Source: Azolla caroliniana
Lineage: Eukaryota > Plantae > Polypodiophyta
DNA length: 64,000 nucleotides
Reading direction: 5' to 3'
NCBI GenBank assembly: GCA_043228905.1
Contig: JBHGNT010000008.1
Location: 5,828,001 to 5,892,000 of the forward strand
Shown: one piece after another, positions 1 through 11,656 of the stretch
Numbering within the stretch: the stretch's first letter is position 1
Layout: every line of letters starts with the position of its first letter
Notes under the pieces: generated by a model
Seen by the model: only the letters and a program-made list of their open reading frames with translations
Database searches by the model: none
Told to the model about the DNA's origin: nothing
Made by a program: the position numbers and the translations under genes

Positions 1-595
1 CGCGGAGGAAGTGGAAAACCGCGCACCAACACCACCCGCAGCGCAAGAACTAGACCACACATCTCCAGTACAACCTCCCGAAGTATCGCGATGACCCTGA
101 CGCCGAGGTGCATGTCTATGCATTCCTACAAACATGGGAAGCAAATCATGTGTCCCAAAGGTTGACCGAACCGGAAGCTGAACGGTCAAAAATTTCCGAA
201 TTCAGCATGACATTAGAGGGACCGACGGCACAATGGATCAAGTCATCGATCGGGTGCTGGAAATGGATAAACATAGCTCCCTCATGATGATGGGAGCCCT
301 GTAGAGGGCCCTTCCAAATAAGGAGGATCTCAGGTTTCGCCAAGTGTTGCAATGCACAACATGTCTAAACCCGGGCCATTTGATGGTAGAATGCACAATG
401 AGGACGTAGTGTATGATCTGCCACTCACCGGCACACACAACGGACCGATGCAAGCACAACTTGCTCAACCGACAAGTGGCACCGGTGCGGATCATTGAAC
501 CATGAAGCAATCACGAACCGGACGACGAATGATTCCGGAGGGAGGACCGATACCGACCAGAATGTGGGGATCGGTACAATGATAGAAGATGCGAC
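1..595 (+). pseudogene. gag: gypsy gag fragment
   Basis: Manual translation gives PKYRDDPDAEVHVYAFLQTWEAN...EFSMTLEGPTAQW and two knuckles, CTTCLNPGHLMVEC and CMICHSPAHTTDRC; contains stops. Confidence 0.8.
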
Positions 596-1120
596 TGTCG
601 AGAATATGCAAAATAATCTTCGGCCACAACCGAAGTTTAGATCACTTAATGATAATCAAACACAGAAGAAATGGGAAATACCACGGGAGCCCACGGACTC
701 CAAACTATCACTGTGTCAAAGAATACAACAAAGGGCACAGAGGCAATGACCTCGTGCTCACAATCTTCACCTGGTGGCGGTTAGAACAGAGAATCGCTCT
801 GTATCTCTCTCTCTCTCTCTCTCTGCTACGCTCTGTACAATAGTTATACCAATATGACAACACTATGATATATACACTCTGTTTGTCCTAGGTCATATTT
901 ATACTAATATGACATTAGGACTATTTACAGATATAGCCCCAATGGGCTCTCAAAAACATACTTCCATATATGTCCCTTCATCCGGTGAGAGGTTCTCACC
1001 GGGCTTGTGTCATCTGGTTCTCATCGGGTCTTCTGTTGCCGGGTACTCATCATCCGGTTCTCATCGGGTCTTCCGAAGCCGGGTACTCATATCCCATCCG
1101 GAGGGACCGAGATCCTAACA
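596..1120 (-). repeat. copia-1 3' LTR
   Basis: TGTCGAGAAT...GATCCTAACA; minus-strand PPT AGGGGGAGTT at 1121-1130. Confidence 0.95.
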
Positions 1121-1130
1121 AACTCCCCCT

Positions 1131-4100
1131 TCACTCCGGCATGGGATGCCTTGTCAGTCTGATCCGCTTTCGGCATCCTGGAATGATACGCCGCATTCTT
1201 CGCAAGGTGGATGGCACTTTGACTGTCGCAATAAAGCCGGTATTCCTCTTGCCAGATCCCTAGCTCTTCGATGAAGTCCTTCATCCATAGTATTTCCTTG
1301 CCGGCTTCCACAGCCGCCATGTACTCCGCTTCCGTGGTTGACAATGCAACCGTCTTCTATAGCCTCGACTGCCACGAAACAGCTCCCCCTACATATGTCA
1401 TGACATATCCAGATGTTGACTGGCTGGTATCCGCATCAACCGACATATTCGAATTGGTGAAACCATGAAGTTGGGGTTTACTGGAGCCGAATCGGAGACA
1501 CATACTTGAGGTGCCTTTCAAGTACTAGAGTATCCATTTTACCGCATTCCAATGCTCCTTGCCGGGATTGCTCATAAACCGGCTCACCACTCCAACTGCG
1601 TATCCAATATCTAGTTGGGTACACACCATTGCGTACATTAAGCTCCCGACGGTAGATGCATATGGTATCTTCATCATATCTGCCTTCGTCTTCGGGCTTT
1701 GCTTACCGGATAACCTGCAGTTTGCCGGGAGTGTCAATCCGACCGGTTTAGCATTTGACATGTTGAACCACTGAAGCACCTTTGTGACGTACTTCTCCTA
1801 TGACAGCCACAATTGCTTCTTTGACCGGTCCCGGATGATATGCATCCCCAGTATCTGTCTTGCCGGATCCAACTCTTTCATTGAGAAGGTCCGGTTTAGA
1901 GCCTTCTTCAGCATCCATATCTGGACTTGGTCTCATTCGACGATCAACATGTCGTCCACGTACAGGAGGAGTATGAGGAAGTCTCCTCCTTCAAACTTCT
2001 TCACAAACACGCAGTGGTCGGCCTACGTCTTGTGGTATCCTTGATTCGTCATGAAGGAGTCGAACTTTTGGTACCATTGCTAGGGAGCTTGCTTCAAACC
2101 GTAGAGGCTCTTCTTCAACCGGCAAACCAGGTGCTCCTTCCCTTTCTTCACGAATCCCTCCGGTTGCTGCATGTAGATCTCCTCTTCGAAGTCGCCGTAG
2201 AGGAACGCCGCCTTCATGTCTAACTGCTCTACCTCGAGGTACATGCTTGTCGCTATGCTCAACACCGTCCAGATGGAAGTCATCTTTACTACCGGGGCAA
2301 ATATCTCGTCGAAGTCCACACCCTTCTTTTGTTGGAACCCCTTCACCACGATCCTAGCTTTGTACCTTGGGGGGTTGCCGGCATATCCCAGTTTCAACTT
2401 GTACACCCACTTATTCAGGAGTGTCCGCTTTCCTTTCGGCAACTCCACCAATTCATATGTGTTGTTCTCATGTAGGGAATCCATCTTGTCCTTCATGGCA
2501 CCCAACCACTTGCGGTTGTGGGTGTCCTCCTTTGCTTCTTCGAAGCTTTTTGGCTCCCCCTCATCGGTCAACAACATGCGCTCTGCATCCGGATATCTCT
2601 GGGGGGCTCTTCTCTCTCTGAGAGGGTATTTGTGTCTTCGGTTTTCGGCAATCGGCTCCGGTGTTAGTTTTTCATCCGAATCCAATTCGGGGTCTTGTCC
2701 GGTTCCGGTTTCAGCTTCCTTTCCTTCTTCAGCCGGTTCGGTCTCCTCATCGTGACCGACCGGTTCATTGAGTGTTAAACGGCTCCTTGCCGGTTGGGTC
2801 TTCATCTCATCTCATGGATCTTTGCCAGTCGACTCGGAGTTCATTATCTTCTTCTTCGACTCCCAGTCGGCAAGGGTCTTGTCCTCCATGTAGATAATAT
2901 CTCGACTCCGGAATACTTTCTTGTCGACCAGGTCCCACACTCGGTAGCCGAACTCATCATCGCCGTATCTAGGAATATGCATGGCTGGGTCTTTAGCAAC
3001 ATGCACGTATGCGAGACAACCGAACACCTTTAGATGCCGGTAGGACACTTCCTTACCGGCCCACACTCTCTGCGGCGTGTCTCCATCCAAGGGTACTGAG
3101 GGTGACCTGTTTATCACATATGTCGATGTCGACAGCGCCTCAGCCTAGAACGTCTTGGGTAACTTAGCATGTGCTAGCATACTCATGACCCTCTCCATTA
3201 TGGTCCGGTTCATCCTCTCGGCCATCCCGTTTAGTTTCGGCGTCTTCGGCATGGTAAATTCGAGCCAAATTCCCTTCGAGCGGTAGTACTCCTCGAACTG
3301 CCCCCGGTATTCTCCTCCGTTATCTGCTCGAACCGCCTTCAGCTTCCAACCGGTTTCTCTTTCCACTCTTGTGTGGAGCTCCTTGAAGACGGATAACACT
3401 TGATCCTTCGTCTTCAACGGTGTGGCCCACAACTTCCGGCTGTGGTCATCTATGAACATCACGAAGTACTGCATGTGACTTCATGTCCACTTGACACACA
3501 TTGGTATGCACCAACTCCAGTGGTGCATTCCGTCTCATCGGTGGCCTTAAGCGGAAGGAGGTCCGGTTTTGTTTACTGGCCAGGCAGTCGGTGCACTTCT
3601 CAAGATGCACATCTTTCACCGGAATGAGGTTGTCATCAGCAAGCCTCTTCATCCCCTTCTCGCTCATGTGACACAATCTCTTGTGCCACAGCTCACCGGC
3701 ACTGTTGCATGCCACGTTCACTTCTTCCAGGCATAACCGGGCATTCATCAGGTACAACGTGTTGACTTTCCGGGCCTGAGCCATTATCAGGCTCCCTTTG
3801 CAGAACTTCATGACACCATTCCGAATGCTACTCGTGTAGCCTTCATCATCTAGCCGACTGGCTGATATCAGGTTCAGTTGAACCTCTTGAACGTGTTGGA
3901 CATCCTTCAACAGCAACTTGCATCCGGTTGGTGTTGTCAGCCACACGTCTCCTATGCCGACAATTCGGCATGTACCTTCATTCCCCATCCAGACACAATT
4001 GTGCTCACCAGCAGAGTAGGATGAGAAGCGTTTCCGGTCCGGGGTAAGGTGGAACGATGCTCCGGAATCGACAACCCACGTTGCCTTGTCGCCGGCAAGG

Positions 4101-5013
4101 TTCAACTCACTCTCCTTAGTGATGAGCATCAACTCCTCTTCACTTACCGCGATTGCCATCGTTCCCTTCCGGTCCGGTCCCCTCCGGTCCCCTCTGGTCC
4201 CCTCCGGTCTTTACCGTTCTGGTCCGGTGACCGCTTCAAATCGGTACTATCAGTTTCCTTGTCTTTCCGGAAATGCCGACAGTTCTTTTGGAAGTGTCTC
4301 GGTTTGCCGCAATAGAAGCAAGTGGGTCTCCCCCTTGACTTTGACCGTGTCCCCGACTTTTCTCGGTTCTGGGGACTCCGGTTCCTTTGTCTTCTGCATT
4401 CCGATTCGGTAAGGAGCGCTTTGGAGTCGGAGCTCATATGCTTGTCTTTCTGACGCGCCTCCTCATCTAGCAAGCTCGACTTGACTCTTGCTAGGGACAA
4501 CTGCTTCGCTTCTGGCCCGGCGTTGCCCAAAGTGACAACCAACGTCTCCCAACTATCTGGGAGGGAACCGAGCAGGAGTAATGCTAGTACTTCATCGGCA
4601 AGAGGTACTTCCAATGATGTTGTCTGGTGAATCTGCCCTTGGAAGGCATTCGTGTGCTCCGCCATACTGGAGCCATCTTGGTACCGGAGCCTCACTAGCT
4701 TCTAGAATACCGAAACCCAATTAACAACATTTTTGTTCTGAAATATAATGTCGATCTTCTCCCAGAGCTCATGAGCCTTGGTCTCTTCATGGAAGTTGTT
4801 GTACAGGCTCATGTTGATGAAGCACCGTATGTACGCCGTTGTCTTCATGTGCATCACCTCCCATATCGTGGCATGGATCTTGTCCTGTCTCTTGTCCCCG
4901 AACTGAACCGACAACCAAAGATCTTTAACCACAAGCATGTCCCTCATCTTCGACTTCCACACTGAGTAGTTGGAGTCGGTGAGCTTGAACATGCTGCCAA
5001 ATGAATCTTCCAT
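1131..5013 (-). pseudogene. copia-1 gag-pol with stops, frameshifts and an RNase H C-terminal deletion
   Basis: ORF fragments: CFYCGKPRHFQKNC knuckle, WVVDSGASFH protease, LWHKRLCH and FIDDHSRK integrase, YKARIVVKGFQQ RT, STTEAEYMA RNase H. Confidence 0.92.
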
Positions 5014-5028
5014 CTTCTGTGTCGTTTC

Positions 5029-5040
5029 GCTCTGATACCA
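5029..5040 (-). promoter_or_regulatory. primer-binding site (tRNA-iMet)
   Basis: Reverse complement TGGTATCAGAGC, 3 nt from the LTR. Confidence 0.95.
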
Positions 5041-5043
5041 GAT

Positions 5044-5564
5044 TGTCGAGAATATGCGGAATAATCTTCAGCCACAACCGAAGTTTAGATCACTTAATGA
5101 TAATCAAACACAGAAGAAATGGGAAATACCACGGGAGCCCATGGAATCCAAACTATCACTATGTCAAAGAATACAACAAAGGGCACAGAGGCAACGACCT
5201 CGTGCTCACACTCTTCACCTGGTGGCGGTTACAACAGAGAATCGCTCTGTATCTCTCTCTCTTTCTTTGCTACGCTCTGTACAACAATTACACCAATATG
5301 ATAGCACTATGATATATACACTCTGTTTGCCCTAGGTCATATTTATACTAATATGACATTAGGACTATTTATAGATATAGCCCCAATGGGCTCTCAGAAA
5401 CATACTTCCATATATGTCCCTTCATTCAGTGAGAGGTTCTCATTGGGCCCGCATCATCTGGTTCTCACCGGGTCTTCTGTTGCCAAGTACTCATCATCCG
5501 GTTCTCATCGGGTCTTTTGAAGCCGGGTATTCATATCCCATCCGGAAGGACCGAGATCCTAACA
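5044..5564 (-). repeat. copia-1 5' LTR
   Basis: Diverged direct copy of 596-1120. Confidence 0.95.
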
Positions 5565-7017
5565 ACGACAACTCTGGGCACGATCGCGACGACCGACGCA
5601 GGGAAGGCTACAACCGAGATCGGTATGAACGGGACTACTCCCCAGATTACGACCGGAGAAGGGATGCTTATGGCCAGGATCGGTATGATAGGAACCAAGA
5701 TTATAATGGTGACCAGTATGGTCGCGATTACTCTCCAAGCTACAACCAGAGGAGGGAGGACCAACGAGGAAACTACAAAGACCGGCATCGGCAAGGTTAC
5801 AAGAACAATAGATGCTTTATTAAGAAACAGAGCTTTCAGAAAGAGGATCGTCAGGAGCCAACAAAGGAGTACCAACGAGAGCCGGATAGAGGCATAAGTA
5901 GTGCCCAACCAGAACAAAGAAGAACAGAAGAACCTAACCGAGCGGTAACCGGATTTCAACCGGGTACCGGGCCGAAAGCAGAATCTAGCAATACCCAGAA
6001 GGCGTATTGTTACTATTGCCACCAGGAAGGCCATTACAACAACCAATGTCCGGTTAAAAGTAACGAAAAATGATCGACAGTCAATATGGTGATATTAGAA
6101 GTAGCGGATATACAACAAGTCACCACTAGATCAAAAGGAAAGACGACAGAGTGGGAAGCACAAGAGGCCATACGAAAACAAACCACCAAATAGATTGAAA
6201 AGGCCAACGAACGCAATGTCACTGAAATGAAAGAGCACACGAATACAGTGTAGGAACTCACTGTAAAGGCACAGCTAGAGAGCCCCATGTGGCAAGCACT
6301 TAAGGAATGCCAAATCACTTTACCATTGGGCCGGTTACTGCAACTAGTGCCCCGGTTCACTGATGGGTTGAAATCGGCGATGGCTCTATTAAGTCTAGCA
6401 CTAGCTCCGACATTCTTTTCAAATCCGGAGGAAGGACCGGTAGTGGTGGACACCAACAGTCCTGCAATCACTGCGATTATTAAAGGACAGGAGCTACTGG
6501 ATACGATAGTCGATGGCGGATCAGGAGTAAACGTGATAAGCCTCCGGACATGCGACACTTTGGGAATTCAGGAATGAGAACCATGCCCATTCTGGCTCTG
6601 GATGGCGGACACCAGCTTAGTCCGACCTGCCAGCTTGATTCGGAACTTGGAGGTGATCATAGGAGGCCATGCTTTCCGAATTTCTGCGGTAGTGCTCCAG
6701 CTGAATGCTCAAGGGGCATACCCACTACTGCTAGGACGACCATGGCTGAGGATTGCTTGTATCAAACAAAACTGGTAGAAGAACAATATTACGTTCCGAA
6801 GAGGGAAAACGAAAGTAAGAGTACCCACGCAACCGCAAGCAGGCCTCGGCAAAGACCTAACCCCACTATATGCCGAAAGCATGAACATGCTGGCAGGACT
6901 GGCCGACGAGGAGGTGGACCGCTACCTTGAAAAAACCCAAGGATAGTCCCTCTTTTCGAAGTGGACGTGGCAAAAGCAGTATCTCCATACATTGTGCAAA
7001 CGGAAGAGGCCGGTGAG
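5565..7017 (+). pseudogene. gypsy A gag C-terminus and aspartic protease
   Basis: R/D/Y-rich region, CYYCHQEGHYNNQC knuckle, protease motif TIVDGGSGVNVIS; several stops. Confidence 0.88.
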
Positions 7018-7392
7018 TGTCTGGCCGGACTAGCCTCAACACAGGTGTCTATCGGACACTTCTCCAAAGGGGTGGTAAGGGTTGGATGCTAGGTTACACG
7101 TGTAAGATGATTACAATTAAGCACAGACGGTAAACAATACGAGATACAGATAAACACGCAATAATTACTATTGTATTACTTCCGTCAAAACCCTTTACAA
7201 ATCATCGGATCCTTTTATAGGCATCCGGCAAGGTTACAATCGGTGCGCTTAGGCAACCGGCATCCGAATCGGTCCGGATCCGGATCGGTACAACTGTACC
7301 GAATCCGTCCCTCCGAATAATAATTCTACTATTATTTACTTCCTATTATCCGATCCGATTCCGCCTTCCCACTTGTCCTTGCTCTTCTGACC
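7018..7392 (-). repeat. inverted copy of the element B LTR (lacks 8 nt at the U3 end and 7 nt at the U5 end)
   Basis: Matches the reverse complement of the right LTR with about 5 substitutions by eye. Confidence 0.95.
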
Positions 7393-7890
7393 TCCGAACG
7401 AATCCGGCTGGCGACGTTGTTGGACTTAGAAGAAAACCGAATAGCCAGCTTACTACAACTCGAATTGGAGCAAAGGAGGAGAAAAGCTTTCGTGGATCGA
7501 CACCGGCGTGGCAATGAAAAGGAGTTCGAAGTTGGGAAACCGGTGCTACTATTCCAGACACGGATGGGGAACATGCCGGGAAAGTTGCGGTTTCGATGGA
7601 CCGGACCGTTCTGGATCACCAAGGAGTACAATGGGTCGTATCAGCTCGGCACGTTGTCGGGAGATGTCATCGGCAAGTGGGCAAATGGATTTCGGCTAAA
7701 GCCGTATAAGGGAAATATGCCAGCCAACCCGTTCAAGCAAAACCCGGAAATCCGGCAAGATGAGGAACCGACACCGACAGACGCTGCTGAAGATATTCGG
7801 ACCGAGGAAGAACCGACACCGATACTGACAAAGACTATCCCGGAAAACCGACAGAAGGACCCGAACAAATCGGGGGGGACCAGCAAATGA
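7393..7890 (+). pseudogene. integrase C-terminal (GPY/F) fragment
   Basis: PGKLRFRWTGPFWI...WANGFRLKPY; homologous to 14590-14920. Confidence 0.9.
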
Positions 7891-8313
7891 CGTGGTCCAA
7901 ACAAAGAAAAAAAAAAAGAAAAAAGAAAAAAAAAAGAAGACGTGGGCTAAATCGACGCGAATCATAGTAATGATGGGGAGATCACAAGAGGTGGGCGCGC
8001 CACCATGCAACGAAGAGGCGCCATGCATTAAAGAAGGACGTGCGCGTATTTGCTATTTAAAGCATGGAACGTGGGCACTCACACGCGGCAAACAAGAAAG
8101 GACATACTAATTATGGCGGGAGAGGAACATGCGCGGGAAACGAAAAAGGGCGGCTCGAGGCACAACCCACTATATAAGACACAGGCCTGCGAAGGGCTCA
8201 CTTTTTACGAATTTTCCTACATACAGGCGCAGAAGCACAGAAGAGCGACCCGACGCACAGAGCACACACAGCGCGATCCCAAACAACAGGCGGTAGAAGA
8301 AGAATTTGAAACA

Positions 8314-11216
8314 ATGGTACTGTCGGAAGAGGCACGCCAATGGATGAGGGAGAACGGGTTAAAAGGATTGCTGCAGATCGCCGACGCTCCACCACAGCAG
8401 AACCAGAGCAGGCGGCAGCATCGATCGATATATCAGAAGTCACGGAAGGAGCGGTGCAGGCGCTCACGGGGATAAAAGCAGGAGGACTTCAAACAATCGA
8501 AAACCCTTCCAGTGAAATCCTGTTCGAATATTTCGGGGAGTACTCTATCAGCAGCAAGGCGTACCGAACGCAGGGCGGAGAGAACCTGCTGTTCGGAGAA
8601 GTGGCCCGCGCTATGATGGAATACGGATTCGTGAATCCCCGTCCCCCAGCCATAGCCAAGTACCGGGCAACATTCTTAATAGCAGCGTACGAAGGCTTAC
8701 AAATAGACTGTCTCCATTTCATAACCGAAGGATTGAAGGAGGCCATCAAAAATCTTGTGGAAGGAAAAAAGCCATGGGCCGGGATAACACAATGGCTAAC
8801 GGTGTTAGTCCCACCGGTGCTCTCCATCACACAAAAGAAAAGAGGTCGGCAGGAGACGACGCCGAAAAAGGTCACAAAGCGCCGACAGATCTTGGAGAAA
8901 CACACCCCCGGATGGACCCAGCAAGAAGCAGAACAGCAGGGGGAAGGATCATCCCGACAGCAACAGGAACCGGCAACAAAGGCAAAACCGGCAGGTAAAG
9001 GCAAAGTGAAATCGGCCGAGGAGGAACCGGTAGCGCGCAAACCAATCCATATAACGCTGCGACGGCCGGAACCGGAACCAGAGGTCTTTATACAAAAGGT
9101 CCGTCTGGTAACCGCACCGGAGGAGGAAGCTGAAACAGAAGACTCATCCGAACCACTGGTAAGACTCCCAGCAAGACAAGGTCGGGAGAAACGGGCGAAA
9201 GGACCGGCTCCACCAGTGGACAGAACTCAGCAGAGGGCGCAAGGACCATCTCCAGTAGCCGAGGCGGAAACAACACCGGAACCCGTACCCAAGGAAGCAG
9301 CACCGACACCGGTTGGGCCGGACTTCAGAAAACCGGTCATCCCAGAGAAGAAGAAGGAACAAGCGCCGGAGCCAGAGCCAGAGAAGAGGCCGGAAAATCA
9401 GCCTGAGTTAAGTGAGCAAGGCCACCCCGACACCGGAAGAACAAAGCCACAATGGTTGAGATGGCTTTCGGAGCAGTTATCGGGAGTAGCGGACCAGTTA
9501 GAAAAAGAAGAAACGTGTAGGCAACAGCTGACGCATACAACAACTCAGGAGTTGGTCGCACTCCGAACACAGATCGAGGAAATGCAAGGGGAGCTGTTGC
9601 AGGCAAGGGAAGGAATTTAACAAGCACAAGTTGTCACCGAGCCGGTCGGGACAACAAGGAAGCAACCAGAACCGGAACCGGAACCGGTAGCCTTGCAAAC
9701 CGGCCCTGAGACCGAAAAAATAATAGAAACCTTACGAGAGGAGTTAAAAGCTCAGGAGACATTAAGGGAAAGAGAAAGGGAGCAGCGGAAAGCGGTGGAG
9801 GACGACAGACGAAAAATGGAAGAAGGCCTCCGGAAAGGTCGAGCCGCTTATGACCGACTGCAAGAAGAAAAAGAGAAGCTGCAAAAGGAGAAGGACCGAC
9901 TACGTCGACATGCCGAGCAAGAGATAGAACGACTGCAGGAAGAACTCCGACAACAGAAGGACCGGGACGATCGGTTAAGAGCTCAGGCAAACCGACGCCT
10001 GAAGCAGAAGACGGAGGACTTCGACCGTCTCTACCGAGATCACAAGCAGGCCGAGTCGGACAACAAAAAACGGGTAGCAGACTACGACCGGCAAATAGAG
10101 AAGCTGAAAGAACAACTCAAAGAGACCCGATTAGACCTGGCTAAGGCGATGGATGAGGTCAGTGCCAACAAAGAAGCATTGTCGGCGGAAATAGCCCAAG
10201 CAACGGAGAGAAGGAAGGAATTAGAGGCGCTAAGGCGGGAAAAGCTGGACCTGACCAAGATCAGGAATGAAGAAAAGGAAAAATCGACCTTCACGATCAA
10301 CAAACTGCAGAGTACCTATGAAAAGCAGAAAGCGGATTACGAGGCCCAGGCTCAGATAATGGCCGACATTATAAAACGGGCAAGGAAGGAAAAACAGGAA
10401 GCTTATGCGCATGCTAAGGCGGGGGTTGACCGGATCAAGCTCATCATGTCAGGATGGAGTACCCGAGCTCAGGCAAGCATCAACGAAAGTACGGAAAAGC
10501 TATGGAAGGAGTGGTCACAACAGGCAACCGAGCTGCAGACACTCCGAGCGGATGCCGAGAATCGGAGGAAGACCGGTGACAAGTTCTACAAGATGGATGA
10601 AGAAAGTATCGTCGCCATTCGGGAAGAATTGTCGGAGGATTTCTACACTTTAGTAGAAGAACACCTCAAAGAAATCCGAGGGTTAGTAGAAAGGTTGGAT
10701 GACGGGCAGCTTGCAACTCAGTTGGAGTTGGAGAGATACGAGCAGGACCGGTTACAACAGGAAGCTAAGGGAAGAACGACGCCAACCACTATTGGTGAGG
10801 GAACGCGACCGGCTGAAGATGAACCAACCGACACCAAACAACCCCGACGAGGAATACCCGAAGACGAACTTGAAGAAGAGCAGGAGCAGACCGATGCCGG
10901 AGAAGAAGAAGAGCTGAGACCGGAAGACACCATAGCAGAGGAAGGAGGCATATCGAGTCGACCAGTCGAGACCGGAGAAAGCGACACTGGTAACAGAACA
11001 GAGCCAGGAACGGAGGGAGAACAGGAAGAACCCGGACGAAGCGGTGAGGAAGCACTGGCACCACAGAATCAAGCAAAGCCGGAGCAGCAAATTTTTACGG
11101 AACAGCCCACCCAACCGGAGGTCGGAGACCAGGCAGGCAAGGAACAGGAACAGGAGGAAGAAGCACCACTTGACACCATCGAGCAGAGTGTGCTCGATAT
11201 TTTGGAGGAAGACTGA
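8314..11216 (+). pseudogene. extra 3' ORF (ORF3) of gypsy B, ~970 codons: conserved N-terminal domain, Pro/Glu linker, long coiled coil, acidic tail
   Basis: ORFs 8340-9620 and 9693-11216 share a frame and are split by one TAA; one frameshift near 8390; the start is uncertain; a homolog is present in element A. Confidence 0.75.
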
Positions 11217-11224
11217 GGCCGGGA

Positions 11225-11264
11225 GTGGATTCGAAGTGTAAGGCACTTTCCCACGGGCGTGCCA
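11225..11264 (+). promoter_or_regulatory. tRNA-3'-end-like sequence (inverted PBS) at the PPT position
   Basis: GTGGATTCGA-N14-TCCCACGGGCGTGCCA, 2 nt before the LTR; no purine tract present. Confidence 0.75.
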
Positions 11265-11266
11265 TG

Positions 11267-11656
11267 TGTTGGCCGGTCAGAAGAGCAAGGACAAGTGGGA
11301 AGGCGGAATCGGATCGGATAATAGGAAGTAAATAATAGTAGAATTATTATTCGGAGGGATGGATTCGGTACAGTTGTACCGATCCGGATCCGGACCGATT
11401 CGGATGCCGGTTGCCTAAGCGCACCGATTGTAACCTTGCCGGATGCCTATAAAAGGATCCGATGATTTGTAAAGGGTTTTGACGGAGGTAATACAATAGT
11501 AATTATTGCGTGTTTATCTGTATCTCGTATTGTTTACCGTCTGTGCTTAATTGTAATCATCTTACGCGTGTAACCTAGCATCCAACCCTTACCACCCCTT
11601 TGGAGAAGTGTTGGATAGACACCTGTGTTGAGGCTAGTCCGGCCAGACAGACAACA
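11267..11656 (+). repeat. gypsy B 3' LTR (390 bp)
   Basis: TGTTG...CAACA termini, TATA-like CTATAAAAG at ~11447, T-rich downstream part, followed by TSD GTGAG. Confidence 0.88.

Larger units (their letters stand above)
596..5564 (-). mobile_element. Ty1/copia LTR retrotransposon (copia-1), full structure but degenerate
   Basis: Direct LTRs 596-1120 and 5044-5564 (TG...CA), iMet PBS, PPT, near-TSD GCGAC/ACGAC; domain order gag-PR-IN-RT-RH on the minus strand. Confidence 0.95.
7018..11656 (+). mobile_element. Internally deleted gypsy element B (relative of A) bounded by inverted LTR copies
   Basis: 7018-7392 is the reverse complement of 11275-11649; GTGAG flanks both ends (7013-7017, 11657-11661); the interior holds only the integrase C-terminus and the extra ORF. 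Confidence 0.88.

Noticed and set aside
5531-6046. Hydrophobic minus-strand ORFs resembling membrane proteins (also 10752-11246)
   Set aside because: They are antisense shadows of charged low-complexity ORFs on the + strand.
8314-11216. Retroviral env gene, or a captured host SMC/myosin gene
   Set aside because: No signal peptide or transmembrane stretch and no ATPase or motor motifs; any similarity would be generic coiled coil.
11225-11264. Genuine tRNA gene
   Set aside because: No 5' half, D arm or anticodon arm; CCA is encoded and the T loop is interrupted by 14 nt.
7018-11656. DIRS/tyrosine-recombinase element or DNA transposon, suggested by the inverted termini
   Set aside because: The interior is a gypsy DDE-integrase C-terminus, the repeats are LTR sequence, and a 5-bp TSD is present; no recombinase or transposase is seen.
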